Shown here: positions 1 to 15,183 of the stretch, in pieces
Position numbering within the stretch: position 1 is the first letter of the stretch
How the letters are laid out: the number at the start of each line of letters is the position of its first letter
DNA from: Acanthaster planci
Lineage: Eukaryota
DNA length: 64,000 nucleotides
NCBI RefSeq assembly: GCF_001949145.1
Contig: NW_019091362.1
Location: 558,670 to 622,669 of the forward strand
Direction: 5' to 3'
The notes under the pieces: generated by a model
Seen by the model: only the letters and a program-made list of their open reading frames with translations
Told to the model about the DNA's origin: nothing
The model's database searches: none
Made by a program: the position numbers and the translations under genes

Positions 1-3000
1 GTAGTGCATGTTAACAAAACTCAAACACTTTCTTCACAAAATTGAATAAACTGATGAGAATTGGTTTTAAGTTAGCATTTTCTGTTCAACTTAATGTTGG
101 TCACAAAACTGAAGCTACTCAGTTTCCTATCCCCACTGTGGAGGATTTGAGAGGTACTTTTCATTTGAATTAATTTATTTTTGGGGTTTCACAATGCACT
201 GAATTCTCAATCATTGCTTTCTTGTGATCCAACTTTCATTAGTGCATTAGTGATATTGAACCAAAAATAATGGTATGCATGAGGCAAATGTGCTGTAGAA
301 CATGGGACAAAGCTAGTTTGGAGTTGCTTGTGATTCTGAGAAGAATCTGTTCTCTTTGAGGATTCTAAGTTAAACTCCTGGTCCTTTTTCTCTGAATCAT
401 GCATTTCAGGCACCATGTGAGCATCAGTTATCATGAGCTTTTCAGTTGAATAAAATCACACAATTTCTCTAGAGAGAGAAAAATAAAAGAACGACCCCTC
501 TATAACGCTGACACAAACCTCTTCGGTGTTCTCCCTTACACCACAGGTGCAAACCTTTCTCTCTTGCCTGAGAAGCATGGCAGTATGATTCATTCTGAGC
601 CACTTTGCAAGTCTCAAGTCTCTACTCAAGATTTAATCAAGTGTAGCAATATCGAGGAAAAGTGAGAAGAAAACAAAAAAGCCTCTCAAGTGACCTGTGC
701 ATACACCGCAAGGCTGCCGAAACTGACGTATCATTAATATTTCATTTAAATTCACTTTAAGTGCAGCTGAAAAAATTTACAGATGCATTTGCATTCATAA
801 TGCAGTGCGCGAGTACCAAAGATTGAAGTGCATCGGCGAACGGGACTTTTTGGTGAGAGAAATTTCCTGTCTTCAGTTGAATAAAACAGCTTTTACCAGT
901 AACGCTGAACCATGCATGTTCAGTATCTGTGAAACTCTACCATCTGGTGGCAATAGTTCCCCAGCTGGGTGTCGTTATCAGTTAACAATGATTGGCACAT
1001 TTTTGTCAAGGTTTAGCACTCATTTCAAAGAAAGCCGCATGAGACACAGCCTACAGCTTCCTTTCAGTTTTATGGTATTGTGGGCTGATGTAACCAAGAG
1101 AAACAAAAAGTGGAACTGATCTGTATTTGCAATTGTTGACAGAAGAGTAATATTACCCTATTCATTACAGTCATCAGGCTATTCAATCTGTCCATTTGTT
1201 TCTCTCTTATGTTAGCTGAGATGTTACCCAATCAATTCTGTAGCGCCATCTTTTTGTCTTGACCTTCATTTGTTCCCCTTGTTGTTTGTGTTTGTTTTAT
1301 GTTGTTTTATTGATAACTTATATTACTCTAAGCTGTGCTGCTCATTCTCATTCAAGCTCATTTCCTCAGTAGAAATATTTTATTGTATTTCTTTATTTTT
1401 GGTTAAACAGAATGTTTAAAACAGAGAATCCCCCCAAATCCTTTGGAATCCTGCTGATTCTCAAACACAGATTGTAAGAGTTTTTGTTGGAAATGCTGGA
1501 TAAACTGGTTGCCAGCTCCTCATTTCTGTCATTGGATTCTTTCAGATCAGATTAATACACAAATATTGGATTGTAAGGATTGATATTAACTTACATGTAA
1601 GTTGTATCACAGTTGTATCTGACGTTTTCCTCATATTTTCCTGTCTCTGTATTCATATTCTGTCTCTATTGTATTTGCCACTTTTGGGTAACAACCGATG
1701 TTTCCCTGTGCCATTAAGGTGCCTTGAAGTAATAGCATGCAATCAGGTATCCTTACTAAATTATTGGATTCACAGCTGCTTTCCATGATTGCTTCAGTTC
1801 ATCACATTGCTTTGGAATGATGTAGGTTGGTCTTTGGTTGGACTGTAACTGGACCGTCTCTGTTGTACCCACCCAAACTTGATAACTCCCGACATGGTGT
1901 ATTCATTAACCAATGACCTTTGTGTACTTAAAAGTACTTCAGAGTCCTTCATATATCAAAATTTCATAGATTAGGAGGCTGGTATATGATGGGTGATATA
2001 CACAGCTGAACATATATTGGCTTGAGTTACCAATACATTGGCAATACCCCCCCTCTCCATTTCATTCTCTGCTTTTGTAATGAATAATTAAACTAGCAGT
2101 CCACTGCTGATGGCTATTTAATAAAAAGAAAAAAAACAGAGAGAGAAAAAAAACCCTATATCGTGAAGCCAAACAGATGCTATGCAAAGAAAAGGTGGCA
2201 CTTCACGTCGTCCCAATTAATTCAGGAAAGTTGGCCAGCTACATGTTGTGCTAGTTATACAGTTGAGAGTGAGTGTTGGTGCGTGTGACAAGTGCTTGGT
2301 TGGTTCTATGTGAGGTGATCTCAACTTGCTCCTCCCCCTCCCACACACACACATGTCACATCAGTTAGTTTTCATAGGTATGAACCTGCTTGTCTTTTTT
2401 TTTTTCATTTTGCTGATTTGTCATACCTTCATGAAATTCTAGCATTTTCTCGTGCATCCTTGGTACAGCATATGTGACTGAAAACTTTGAGGAACCAGAA
2501 ATATAAACGGCCAACTACATGTAAGATTGGAATGATTTTTCAGGAATTTCAATTGTGTAACTAACTCTGTGTAAAGATTTAGACACTCATTTGAAACTAC
2601 TAACATTTTCGCATGGAAGGTTTTTATACTTGCACAGTGCACCTGTCCTTTTGAGTGAAGGGCTGTAGAAGACAGGTATGGTCATTTTTGGTGGGGATAA
2701 TTTTGTCCAATTGTTCATCTTGAGAAAGCCCCATTTTGGTAGCAGATGGCTTATGTAATTGGCTTTCTTGGCCAAGCTGAATTTGATGCCAATCAAGATT
2801 GGCTGTGACTGTGACAAAGAAAAGAGGTCTGTCATTTCAAAGTTCCTAACCTAAATGTTACTGGTACATCCCGAACTCTGAATAAGACATTTTGTTTTGC
2901 TATGTTTTGTTTCTTGGTTGATGTTTTAATAGCCATGGTCCTTGGAAGTTTTGTTTAGAATATTTCTGAATCGGCATAAATCAAACCAAGTTACCCTGCA

Positions 3001-6000
3001 CTAAACTAGCATAAGATTTTGTTTTAACTACTCCAGTAACATCAAGCTTCAGTAACAGGATTTGGGCAGGTCAGGCCTGTATCTACGTGTATTTGATACT
3101 AGTGAAAACCTACCTGAGGCTACAATGGTTGTTTGACAAAAAGGATGCAAAACTAACTTTAGTGTCTCAATTGTCCATTTAGGAGCGAATAATTTGCGAC
3201 ACAGTTGCAGAACTGGCTTGAGCTCCACCATTGTAAAGTCGAGAGAAAAAAATATTTAAGGAAGAGGGTTTTCAGCTACACGGTGGGAAATATCGCTTTG
3301 AGTATGTGTGGTTCTGAAAAGAACCGGTCACTCGATGTTTTGGACAATGAGTGCTCTGTCCGTCTTCAGGACAAAAAAAAATTTGTATTTTCTAAACAAA
3401 AACTTACATGCTCCTTAATCAGTTTTATACTTTCGACATTGCACTGCTTAAACATTTATAATTAAACACACAGGTCATTTGTCTCACAGAAAAATGTAGT
3501 TAGTATACTCTTAAAATATTTTGAAACGGATGAAAATGGTTGGATACCTAAATCCAAGCATAACAAAAATGACATTAAGATGATAACAGAGTATTTATGT
3601 CTTTTTGAAAGCAGACAATAGCGTCAGTCAAGCAGACGTCAAAGGAAAGATGTTAAAAAAATGTAAAAATGTACATGCATGAATTAGAATACCATGAAAT
3701 GACATGCAGTTGATGAATGCTAGAACCATCGGCAAAAATCACATGGAAATCCAGTGGAAGACGGGTCAAACTGTTGATCATCAAGAGCCAGCTGTAGCTC
3801 GTGGCAATGTGCACTTTACTCTGTTTGCCCCTTGTCAAGTTCATTCCAATTGAAGCTTAACCCCTGGAAGTTTTATTGGATGTATAACTCCGTGGAAGCT
3901 ACCTTGTGAATTTACCCTGAAAAAAATTGACAAACACATGAACCTGCATGTTCATACATGTCTGTTTCCACTCTTTCCTTTTTTTCTCTCCCCTTTATCG
4001 TTTTTGTTTGTAGTTCATAATTTTTATCCTCAGGAATAACATTGGCTCTGAAGAAAAGGACCTTCATCTTGGTGTAGATTTTTGTTAAAATTGGACAACT
4101 TAGTTTTAAATTAAATGCAGGTGTTTTTTTTATCTGGGGCTTTGGTGTGGGTTTGTACATGTACGCCGTTTGCAATTTAATGACAACCGGTAGCATAATT
4201 GCATTTTAAGTTGCTGTTATTTTTTTCTCTCAGGAAATAAGTTGTAATTACAGTTGGTGGTATTTTTGCAAACATTACAACTATTCTGTATATAAATTTA
4301 GAACCTTATTCCTCATGATAGATTCTGCAAACCGCAATTTATTTTGAAGTGACATAGAATCATTTAATCTCACTCCAATCTCACTCCATGTTGTCGGGTA
4401 AGGAAATGAAGTACTTATTTTTCTAGGCTGGGGTAGATGAAGATTTGAGATGACTTTTGTCACATCTGCAGTCCTTACAATAGCCAAGTTGCTTTGCAAC
4501 TCCCCCTAGCATTCAGAGATTGGGTATCAGTGTCCAAGCTTGATATATCTCCTGGTAAGGGGCACCCTTGCCCTCCTTCAAAGGAAAGAACTGAAAGGCC
4601 AGCTGACACAATAAGCCAGGTATTGGCAATATAAAACCAGGCCTGCACAATGCCTGCCAACATTGCTCTGAAATCGAACACCATTCGGCGCAAACAGGAG
4701 ATGCAGAAGTACCTGCTGAATAGTTACCGCAGGCCAGAAGCCTGAAGGCGGCAGTTTTTTTCATTACTAATAAGTCGAGTTGTTGACACTGAAAAGGTAG
4801 CTGTTACTCTCAAAAATTGAAGAAAAATCCTTGTATATTGTACATATAGGCCTACATGTACCTTTGTAGTCGATCTTCAATTATGCTTGAATACTTACAA
4901 GTACATGTAGGTCTACTCTTGCTCTGCAGACTCATTTCTGTGTTGCCCATCTGTGTGATGATGTTTATTTTAACCATCGGGTTTATTCACTTGGCATTAC
5001 AACAGGTGCCGTAGTGATAAATTGGGTTGTTCAGTTGGTCTCTCATTTATGATACAATTGGTGTGACATACATAATATTGTCTGCTCTCATAAAGTGAGT
5101 TGACTGACTAGCATGCAGTTTGGAGATGTTCACTTTTGCAAAATTGAAAACTAGCAGTGATGGACTTATAATTGTCAGCCGAGCCTCCTTTATACGTGGT
5201 CATGATTATAAGAAACATGCCCCAGAGCAAGACATTTCCCCCATCCCTTCTATCCACACACCCAATATACACGTACATGTATGAGTTGGAAAGATCTCAC
5301 TGAAATGAATGCTCAAGTGTTTACCATCTATACGGCTACTGATGAGGGGTCCTCTTAATTTCAGTATCTACATACATGTACATGTACATAGACTCAAATA
5401 GGCCATTTGTTTTTGCATGCATTCTGGCAATGTTAACCAATCAGAAGCCAAGGAAGCACAACTGTTACAATTTTAGAAGTTTTTAAGGCAGGCTTTTAGC
5501 CTTGCTTAGGCTTGTACTAGCTGCATTTATTTATCTGTACACAATTTCATGCCTGTTTCTACTAATGGTCACAAAGACTCTGTTTGGGGATATTTACCAC
5601 AAAAAGAGACTGTATTCAGCCTGACATCATTCATATTGACATCTGTGTTTGTGTCCTAGTCAAGTGGCAGTAAGTCGCAGATTTTTGCCTTGGGTGTACA
5701 TGTACGTGTACCTTCAGAGCTGAGTGGAGATAGTCTCTCCCTAACTCTACAGATCTGGAGGGGGGGCTTCAACTTAAAAAGAAAGACCCTGGAGTGTGCA
5801 GTCATCACAGGCAATCTAGGGGAGGTGCGGGGGTAGAAAGATGTTTCCTTGTAACACTTTACCGTTCTTTTCTTTTTCAGCTATTAATTTTCACGACCCT
5901 GAGGATTAGCCGATCAGGGCTTGGCCAATTACCAGGACTCACTGCATCTGTAGTGGTGTTTGTCAGGGTGTGTAGGAGGGGAGTCTCTATCCATCTATGC

Positions 6001-8061
6001 TCCTTGTCAGAGTTATTTGAGTTGCCTCTGGGTGTTTGGTGTGTCATTTTGGGTCATGTATTCTCTACTGTGCCTTTCTTCATTTGATTTTACTTGCCTC
6101 TCACGTTATGCTTGGCTCGTAATCTGCAGCTTGATTACCCAGATGAAACCAAGATTTCCCTGGTCACCCTTCCCTCCTCTTGTATTATGTTACAGACAGT
6201 CTTATCTGGAACATTTTCATGTATTTCAGTTTGTCAATAAGTCAGTCAAAATAACTCTGCAACTTCCTCCTCCAACATAAATAAAACACATTTTCTTTAC
6301 AACTCCTATTTTTAATACATGTATGTTTCTAAAGTCTTTTAAAATTCATTTTGGCTCTTTGAAACAAAATGAAGATGGAGACAAAAAAAAACTAATTTGT
6401 AACCTTGTGCGTAGTGTACACTTTGTGTTGGGGATAGAGAGGGCTTAGATCTGTGTTAGGTGGGTTTTTAATTAGTAGGAGGCCAACTGAAAAAGAATAT
6501 TGTACATGCAGATTTATTTGAGGATGTGTTATATTAACATGAACTGTAATCATGTGCTGGTACATGTAGGTTTTTGCTAAATGTTTGCCTCTATCTCCTT
6601 TCTTCTTTTCTGTTTTCCATGTACAACCTGTCTTGAGGTTAAAGCTTACCGCATATTGCATCTTCCACATTGAATTGAATTGTCTTCCTTCTCAAGTATG
6701 CAAGTCTTGCTGTCTTTTCTTGTAGATCTCACCTGAAGTGGCTTTTTTAGCTTTAAAAAGGCCTTTTCTTCAGTCTCTCGTAAAATAAATGACTGATAGT
6801 GTGTTGTCTTGATGAGCCGGAGTTCCTCTCATTATCAACCTTGAAATTAAAATGGTTGATGACTGTCTTCTCCGATGTGGAACATTTTATTATGGCAGGA
6901 GAAGAGACAAGCATACGAGTATGTGTGTAGGACTTTTTTCTGCTTGACACATCATCGCACATGATAAGTGTTCCTCAAGGACTGCCTCACGAGGGCCTGT
7001 GAGTTTGCCGAGGGGGAATAAACGATTCATCAGAGTTGATGTAGCGATCCATATGAATGCCATGTAAGCATCTTGAGGATTTCAGTGGTCTACTTGTTTG
7101 CTCCCCTGTGAATGTACATGTAGATCACTTCGGCCTGTTTTTAATGGGTGGGAGAGACTAATTTCAAGAGAACCGTGTTTTGCCATACTCTCCAAAAATA
7201 GTAGTTAAATGTTTTTCCTTTCCCATTTGAGTGGAAACAAATATGGAACTGCAGCTTACACCCAATTCAGACAGGTGTTCCAGAGCTGCACTGGATCAAA
7301 TGGATAAGAAGCAACTCAAGTCAGTACAATTAAATTCTGGTTTCGATCAGGCGAAATTAATTTGTAGGGACTCAGTAACTTCCACAAAATCACAGGACTA
7401 CTCACAAACATAAATACAAAAGGCCTTCATTGTATTGCACCAGAATTGATATCTCATATTTTTGTGCTTACCCATCCAAACTTATTTGAATCTGTGGATT
7501 TTCAGATTTGTCATTAACTCACTACTCATTTAAATATACATTTATACAAATTTGTATGGAGTTTGGCTCATACTTGGTCAACATCTAACAAGACGTCATT
7601 CCTGAGTCAGCCTGAAACACTGCAAATGGGTTCTTTCATCCACTGGTGCACCTACGGTAGTCACCCCCAGTCACTCCTGATTGCTTAATATGTTGAACAT
7701 TTCATGTGCTTAATTCAAATCTTGGCTTTATTTTTATTTCGTGCAACTTTGGAAACCCTGTCTGAAAAGGGAGTCTCTGCTCCCTTACTCAAAGATTGAG
7801 CTACATCTACGACATTGTTTAGTCCACAATCCTATGCAAACTATTGATATTTGACATCTTTTTAAAGTCACACTGTACTGTTTTCCTTTGGTGAATGCCA
7901 TCGCTGGATGTGTTTCTTTCAGTACAGCTTGAAACTTGCCCCCTGATGGCCTGCATCTGGAGCTCTTGGATAGGAGAAATAACACGAACAATTTTTAGAA
8001 TTTGCCTTTTTTGGCTAGTTTACTTCCTTAAAAAATACCTGTGAAAATGGCCTTTGACAGC

Positions 8062-8135
8062 CCCTACAGTCCCAAATCCTTTCTGAAACAGTCCCGATTT
8101 CAGTATGATTTTACATACACCCTAGGTGATGAGGG
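8062..8135. mobile_element. Internally deleted piggyBac-like MITE (about 75 bp), same family as 41450-42089
   Basis: ccctacagtcccaaa ... atttcagtatgattttacatacaccctaggtgatgaggg|TTAA. Both ends match the reverse complement of the two gap flanks at 41450-41495 and 42074-42089. Confidence 0.65.
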
Positions 8136-11100
8136 TTAAATATTTACATAGTAATTCATAGAAACTGACGTATGGCCTGACCTGAAAAAAGAACATGCTA
8201 AGAATATGGCCGATTCACAATAGTGCGCCACCAAGAGTTTGCAACCAAGGCACATTGGGCTGACAAATTTCGTGCATTGTGACTGGCCAACGCGTTGCAA
8301 ACTCCTGGTGGTGCACTATTGTGAAACGGCCATATTGACCTCTCACTTCTGAAATATGACAATCAGTGCAACTTGGTGTTCTTGGATGCAGATGGAAAGC
8401 CATTAGATCATAATTAGTTCCTGGTAGTCTTTCAGTAAAAGCTGCAGTAAACACAGCACAAAGTAGCTCAGCACGTCACAGTTTTTACATGTAAGCCTAG
8501 TCTAACCTTAGCTGACAAGAACTGCATCAGGTCAGTTGCACTGAATATCAAACCCATCAACTGCAAGTTGGTAACTCTTCACAACGTTGTTTGTTTTTGT
8601 TCTCATGTAAGTACCTGAAGTGAGATGAAATGTGCATGAACAATGAGACCTACAGGTGGAAGTGAAAATGCCAGAGGTGAAAATTTCTAAATAAAATTCA
8701 GTTTTTACCCATCCCCAAATGACTTTTCCGCAATATTATTTGAAGAAAAGAATTACGGTAAAGTTTCAACACGACTATTTTCAGTTTGGAATCATTCTTC
8801 CAAAGTTATTGAACTCAGTAGGGCTTGGCCATATTAAAAACCCACAGACAGGCCCTGTGAGGGGTTCCAGAAGCATTTTTTTTTCAAGCTCTGTTTTTTG
8901 TTAAATCTAGAGTTGTTAACACATTTTGTACTCTGCACTAAAAGGGTTGTGTTGTGTGAACAAAATTGCATGGAACTCATTCTCACTCAGTGACATGACT
9001 TTGAATCATCCTTTTCCCACAAGAGTTGTTTATCTGTTCTCGCTAAATGTGCAGCTCTGTGAGATATTTATGATCACATTGCCGCATGCATGGAAATGTA
9101 CAGTCGAGTTCTGTGACCTTTTCCCTGCTTGCAATACTGTCAACTAGCTTGGACTCATGCCTTTCAACAACTCTCATGATGGTTTTGTTTTTTCATCCAA
9201 CGCTAGCGGCAGGGGAAAATTAACACATTGAAGCTGAACATCGGGATAGTACAGACGAGATTGGGGAGGGAGGGGAGTATTGGGAAGATTGTCCAACTTG
9301 ATTCAAAAAGGCTACAGCTCGGCTTGGACACTCAGCAGTTAGTGTTTATTTCTGATTTATCCAGCAATGTTTGAGCAGTGTATTACCCTCTTGACTTGCC
9401 AAGGTGTCTATTAAAGTTCACCCAACCAAATGGTGCAGGGAGTCCCCGTTCAAATATTGGAAGAACAACTAGAAAGAGTTGTTAGTCCACCCGAGGAACT
9501 GACATAATGAGCTTGGGAGGAGTTTGGTACAGGTGTGGAAATTCTAGGTTAACAACACACCACCCCACCACGATATCGCTAATGTTAACAATATTTCTAG
9601 ATATACATTTGTACAAGAAGGAACTTTGCAAACATGTTAGCATTTCAAAATTTGATCAGCAGTCCTCTTTAAAAACAAAGCAACAGACAATTTTCATCCT
9701 CACTGGCTACTCTTAGTCAAATCTCTTTCTAATCACTGACATTCTCTCAGCACCAGCCATCATCACCAGCTCACTTTCTTTTTGCCTGTCCATGGGTAAA
9801 TCCCCCCTCTAAATCCCTCTCCAATCACTCTCAATCGATACCCTACTCTCCTTTATGTAGGCCACCTTGCCTACATCTTGACATGCTTTGGGATGCTAGA
9901 ATTGACACTCCAGGCTCTAAGCGCTGGGCGGTGTTGAAAACCTCACCCTGTGGTGTTCCTCAGAGGAAGATGCAGTCAGCCTGTGTGAGGCCCGTGCGAG
10001 GAACAGACCAAGGTGGCAACACCCACAAAGGACTGCAGCGCTTCAGACTTGTTTGCTGTCTTCACTGAGTAGTTAAACTGCCTCATGTCACAGTGACCAA
10101 GTCCCAACTTTGTAACACTGACAAGCAATGCATTCTGCTCTATCTGTGCTTAGGCCGCTAGCTTTAAGAAGTCATGCACCATCCCTTCCATTATTCATAC
10201 ACAATCCTTAGTTTTGAGATGTATGCATAATTGCATATGAACATGCTGAAATCTTTGGCAACCTATAACATATGCAGTCAGCATAAACTTACATGCTCCA
10301 GTCTCATCATCATGTGGACAAAGGTGTTGAAGAAGGGTTTCACCATTCAGATTGAAGAGGGTTTATGCTTAAAAGGATAACATGACTTTCTGCCTGCGCC
10401 ATAGCTACATGTAGGTTTATGCTTGAAGTTCCATTCCATTTTGTCCGTAAGAACTAACCTATGGTAGGTTCATCAGACATTCCAGCTTGAATATTCCAGC
10501 ACCTGGCCAATCCCATTGAAATTTCACCTGGATATGGAGGTTCCACTTTTCCACTCAGGGCAATATAAAAGAAATGTACTCTCTCAGGGCTGTGGGGGAA
10601 AATGGAAAAAAGAAATGAAAAAAGTTGGACAGCGTTTAGCATTGGCATGCGTGACTGGTGAGTGAAGTGCTAAGTGACACAAGGCTAGCGCGTTACTTCT
10701 AAAGTGCGCTTCTGTAGAATGTGATGGTGCCCTCTCATCAAGAAGAACAGTTAAGTGTTGATGGAGGCTGAGGTTCAGGGCTGTTGGCTACCCAAGCATT
10801 TTCCATGAAAGAAAAGGTGTGATAAAATGTCCCTGGGAAGATGAGACAGACATGAAATTTTAATGAGAAGGCAAGTGGAGCAGTAGTAAGGAAATTGTAT
10901 GCTATGTTCGCTGAGTGCTTTGAATAAAAAAAAAAGAATAAAACTCAGAAACAGAAGAGATCTTGAAAGATCATCATAACAGTGGTAAATTTGATATGAT
11001 CGATGCATCTGGAATTTTATGCTGAAGAAGTCATGACAAGCTTTGTGATTTTTAAAATTTAAAACAATTGTTTTCTTTGTGAACTGAGAAGCTTCATATT

Positions 11101-14100
11101 ATAGGAGCAAATTCTTGGCAAAGAAAAGTGACCCTTTTTTGCAGAAATGACCAATTTTAGAAGAAACCGTAGTAATGCGACACCGTGCAGTGTGTGCCCC
11201 ATGTACAATGTATGTAAATTAAGGGGTCTCTGTTTGTTCAACTCCTCAGCATTCCTTTTGAAAAACAGTGTTTGTTCTTGCGTTATTGGAGAGGTCTGTA
11301 TTCCTGAGGGGTGGAAAGTGCAGTGGGGTGAGTTATGAGAGCCTAGGCTGAGACATTTGTCATTTCATCCCCCTTGCCACTTGGATGGATGTCAAGGAAG
11401 CTAGAGGAGTAAATTTAAAGATGCCCGTCCAACAAGATAATTTCATGAATTCTTTTTTTTTTTCCCTGAGGGGGAGTAGAACTTGGTTTGTGGAGAATTA
11501 TCAGGTGTGCGGATGATTTATGACAGCCGTTATGTTGAGCTTCATGATGATGACACTACCTTCTCAATTTCTTGACCTGTGTCAGAGTGGTGCATGTGAA
11601 TGGAGCTTGTTCAACTGCGACTAAGATCATGGAAACAATTAGTTCCTGATGTGTGAAAAGCAACACAAAATCACTTGCAAAAAGCCTTACAAGGGCTGTT
11701 TAAAATTTCATGATTGCGTGCAAGGTTATTCACAGATATGAATCTGTCTTTTATAAACTCACTGCAATCAGCCAGTTAATGTTGCTTTAATTTAATAAGG
11801 GAGAGAAAAATGCAATTTGTTTCTGAGAAACCGTTGATTTAGTCATTGATACGTTGCTTGCCTCCCGTAGGGCATATTTCAAGAGAAAAATAGTAGAGTG
11901 GAAATAGAAAGCAACATGTTACTTGACGTTGAACATTTACAAATCAGAAGGCAAATCAGACCTCTTCAAACAAGCTAGCCAGCTAGATGATTCAGTAGTA
12001 CCCACTAGTGTGGTGATGTAAAAATCACTGACATTTATTTGGCTCTGTAGATCACATGGCTAATACCAGTACACCACACGCACACACATGTACATGTACA
12101 GGTACAGGTGAGATATAAACTTGTTCATAGTGCATCCTTATTTTCTGATCCACATGCCAGTTATAGCATTGCTAATGTGAGGTGACTCTTATGCTATAAG
12201 TAAGATTTGAAGCTTTGCACGGTAGAAGTTACATGAGATGTAGGTTTGTGGGTACATCATGGAATCCATCTCTTTTGGAAGAGGTGTTGTTCTTAGAAGA
12301 ACCAGTGAGTGTTCACTTGACCTTTTGACCAGGATGCTCTGGCTGTCCTCTGGAGAGTCTTATGCTCTATGTACATGTACAATTGTACATGAACACAGTT
12401 CTGGGTACATGTACTTTGGTAGCTTCAAGGCATAATTGTTTGCCTTCTTCAGATGAAAATTTTAGGTTTCAACACCCCCCCCAGGATGCCAGGAGCTATG
12501 TGTACCCTTAGAATTGCTATTATGGAGAAAAAAGAATGAATACAATTTGAAGAATTAGGTTCAGTAACCGCTGTAGAGTGTCACTGCTTACCAGACCGAG
12601 GGAAATCAGTTGTCATATTACCCATAAGTCTTGATTTTCTTCTCTACTTGGAGCCTGGATGCAAACCTAGGGTACCTGTCACTTCACCCTCACTCTGTCT
12701 CGCCAAGAGGAAACACCTTTGCTTCAAGTGGCTAGGTGCTGACCATTGGTATTTCCTATTGGTATTATGTGAATATGCAGAGAGGCTAGAGCTCTTTGCC
12801 TCGAGGACAGGTGAGGGATTACTTTCAGTAATGGCAATATGGCAATAGTGTTACATGTAGATGGTACTGTTAGTAATCTGCAGAAATCCAGAAGTTTGAT
12901 TTAAAGGAGATACAGGGGAAATAGTTGGTGGTTGGAACAGGAATTGCAAAAGAGATCTGCAACGCAAAGGTGACCCCAAATCAAATGTAGTAGTTTATTG
13001 TACATATTTGTCTAGTTGGCATACTCATTGGGGATGTCAATCTACCCTGTATCTCTGCCCCCATCCTACCAAAGTCCTTACTCTCTCCCTTTCTGTGGCT
13101 GTGCTGTCCTTGTGTTTGTCAGTGTGTTTAGCCTTGCGTCGTTCTTACATGTGCATTAAGCATCAAGCTTTCCTTATCCAATGCCATGGTTCTAATTGTG
13201 TCTTTACCATGAGCATGCTGTAGCTGGCTGACTGTTCCTATATATATGTACCTGTCTTAGAAGGGCAGGTTGATGATACTCCCACCAGGTTGCAAAAATA
13301 GCCACACCTGTTTAAAACTGTTTGTTGAATATCATTCATTTAAATCAGTCATGTCATTTTGAAAAAACAGAATGACAAAGAGATTTCCATTCACCCGTGT
13401 AATAAAAAATACTCTTTATGCCTACCGGAAGCGTAAAGTGCTGACTTCTCCCCTAAAAGCTCACTTGCAAGCTCTGTGCTGTGATTATTAAGCTTTTACG
13501 TACATGTAGCTATCCAATATTCATCAAATCTGATACTGTTGAGAGAACTCGTATTCCTTGTCATAACCCTCTCATGTTCTCCAATCAGGAGGAGCCACCT
13601 GACAGCCCTAGCAGCTTCAAGACGTTTGAATTTCAGGTCGGAAATGATCCCTTCGTCTCCTGAAAAACTTGAAACGGAAATTGAAAAGAGTGCATCCCTT
13701 TGATGTGTCCATGTGTTTGGTTTGTTTGGCCAGACACTGCATTGCCTGTGCTGCTGCAGGCGAGTGATTTCGGTAGGGCATTGTCAGTGTGTATGTTATG
13801 TCCATTTGCATGGAACGGAAGGTCAAGATGATTTCTTGTTTTGCCCGAGCTTAGAGAATGAGGTCTTGTGATTGGAAAACCGTACTGTAAATGCCAAGGG
13901 CAGGTTGAGTTTATAAGCTCAATTACTGGTACACGAATAATTGACTGGTACTTGTACATTGCTGTTTACAACCAGGGCTCAATATGATGAAGTTATCAAG
14001 TGCAAAACAGTGATAATTATGAAGCAGAGTACCAGTCACAGACCACACAAATCATATGACATCTTGGCTGGTAACCTGGTTTTGACATTAAAGTCAAAAC

Positions 14101-14425
14101 TATCTGTGTATGTTGAATAGACCCTTTTTGTCTGAATATTCAGTAAAATCAACCTTAGGATTAGGTTGTCTGAACCTGTCACTGAGTGGTAAGATAGAAT
14201 ACTTGATAAATTGTGAGAAGGTTTTTAGGCACCAAATGTCTGTATTTTTTCAGACTTCATATTGAAAGATACTGAGCTCCATCAAGGATTTCACATCAGA
14301 TTTGGCTGATGTCACACTTTACAACCCAACTTGTCTTCTTACAAAAACCGGAATCGCTATGCATTCAAACCCATATTGGGTCCCTATTAAAAGGTGCATG
14401 CAAAAAGAAACTTTGTTGGGTACAT

Positions 14426-14494
14426 GTACATCTGTGTCATAGTCACTTATGGTTTAAAGTACATCTGTGTCATAGTCACTTATGGTTTAAAGTA
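14426..14494. repeat. Perfect 33-bp tandem duplication
   Basis: gtacatctgtgtcatagtcacttatggtttaaa occurs twice in tandem. Confidence 0.92.
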
Positions 14495-14727
14495 ATTCTT
14501 GTTCATTTTTTTAAACAGTTTTTAAACATGTTTTAATGCATGTCATTTCAACTTGCTGTGTTGCCTTAACCATTGGAGTCAAACTATTTTGTGTGACAAT
14601 AGAATACATGCAAAAACATCTTAGACAAGTGAAACCCTTTCAGATGTCCAACTTCCACTAAACACATGATTTTGTTATCATTTTGTATAAGTTGCAGTGT
14701 AGTGAATATACTAATACCATATGTTAA

Positions 14728-14777
14728 CTCTAACACTCCTCAGTCCCCAACAGGTGAAGGATTGAGGAGGGTTAGGG
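14728..14777. mobile_element. 50-bp piggyBac-like miniature inverted-repeat element flanked by TTAA
   Basis: TTAA|CTCTAACACTCCTCAGTCC-ccaacaggtgaa-GGATTGAGGAGGGTTAGGG|TTAA. The arms including TTAA match at 20 of 23 positions. Confidence 0.65.
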
Positions 14778-14924
14778 TTAATGCATGAAGTGGTTGTGGG
14801 TTAGGTAATGCATTATCAGATGTATCTTGTCCTCAAGATGTTTTTACACTTAGACCATATCAACGTATGTCCCCTCTAAAAAAAAACTTGTAATATCCCC
14901 AGAACTCGTACCATCACTTGGCAA

Positions 14925-15183
14925 TATGTGACCAACTCTGTGAAAATGAGTCTTAAGTTGCCAGAGCCACATTTTGAGTTTTCATTTTTCATTCGAAAGA
15001 GCAAATGGAGCTTTTTGTTTTGACGTATCCCTCAGTTTGGCATCCTGATGAAAGTGGATACCCCATGGTAAAAAATCCTGTGGGTTCCTATTGATTTACA
15101 CTGTGCAAAATTATTCCAAAGGACTTTTTACTCCAAAGTGGCTCTGGCAACTTAAGACTCCTTTTTGTAGAGTGGATCACGTT
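14925..15183. mobile_element. MITE / non-autonomous DNA transposon with about 50-bp terminal inverted repeats
   Basis: Left gtgaccaactctgtgaaaatgagtcttaagttgccagagccac..ttgagt is the reverse complement of right actccaaagtggctctggcaacttaagactcctttttgtagagtggatcac, with a perfect core gagtcttaagttgccagagccac. Superfamily not assignable. Confidence 0.8.
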
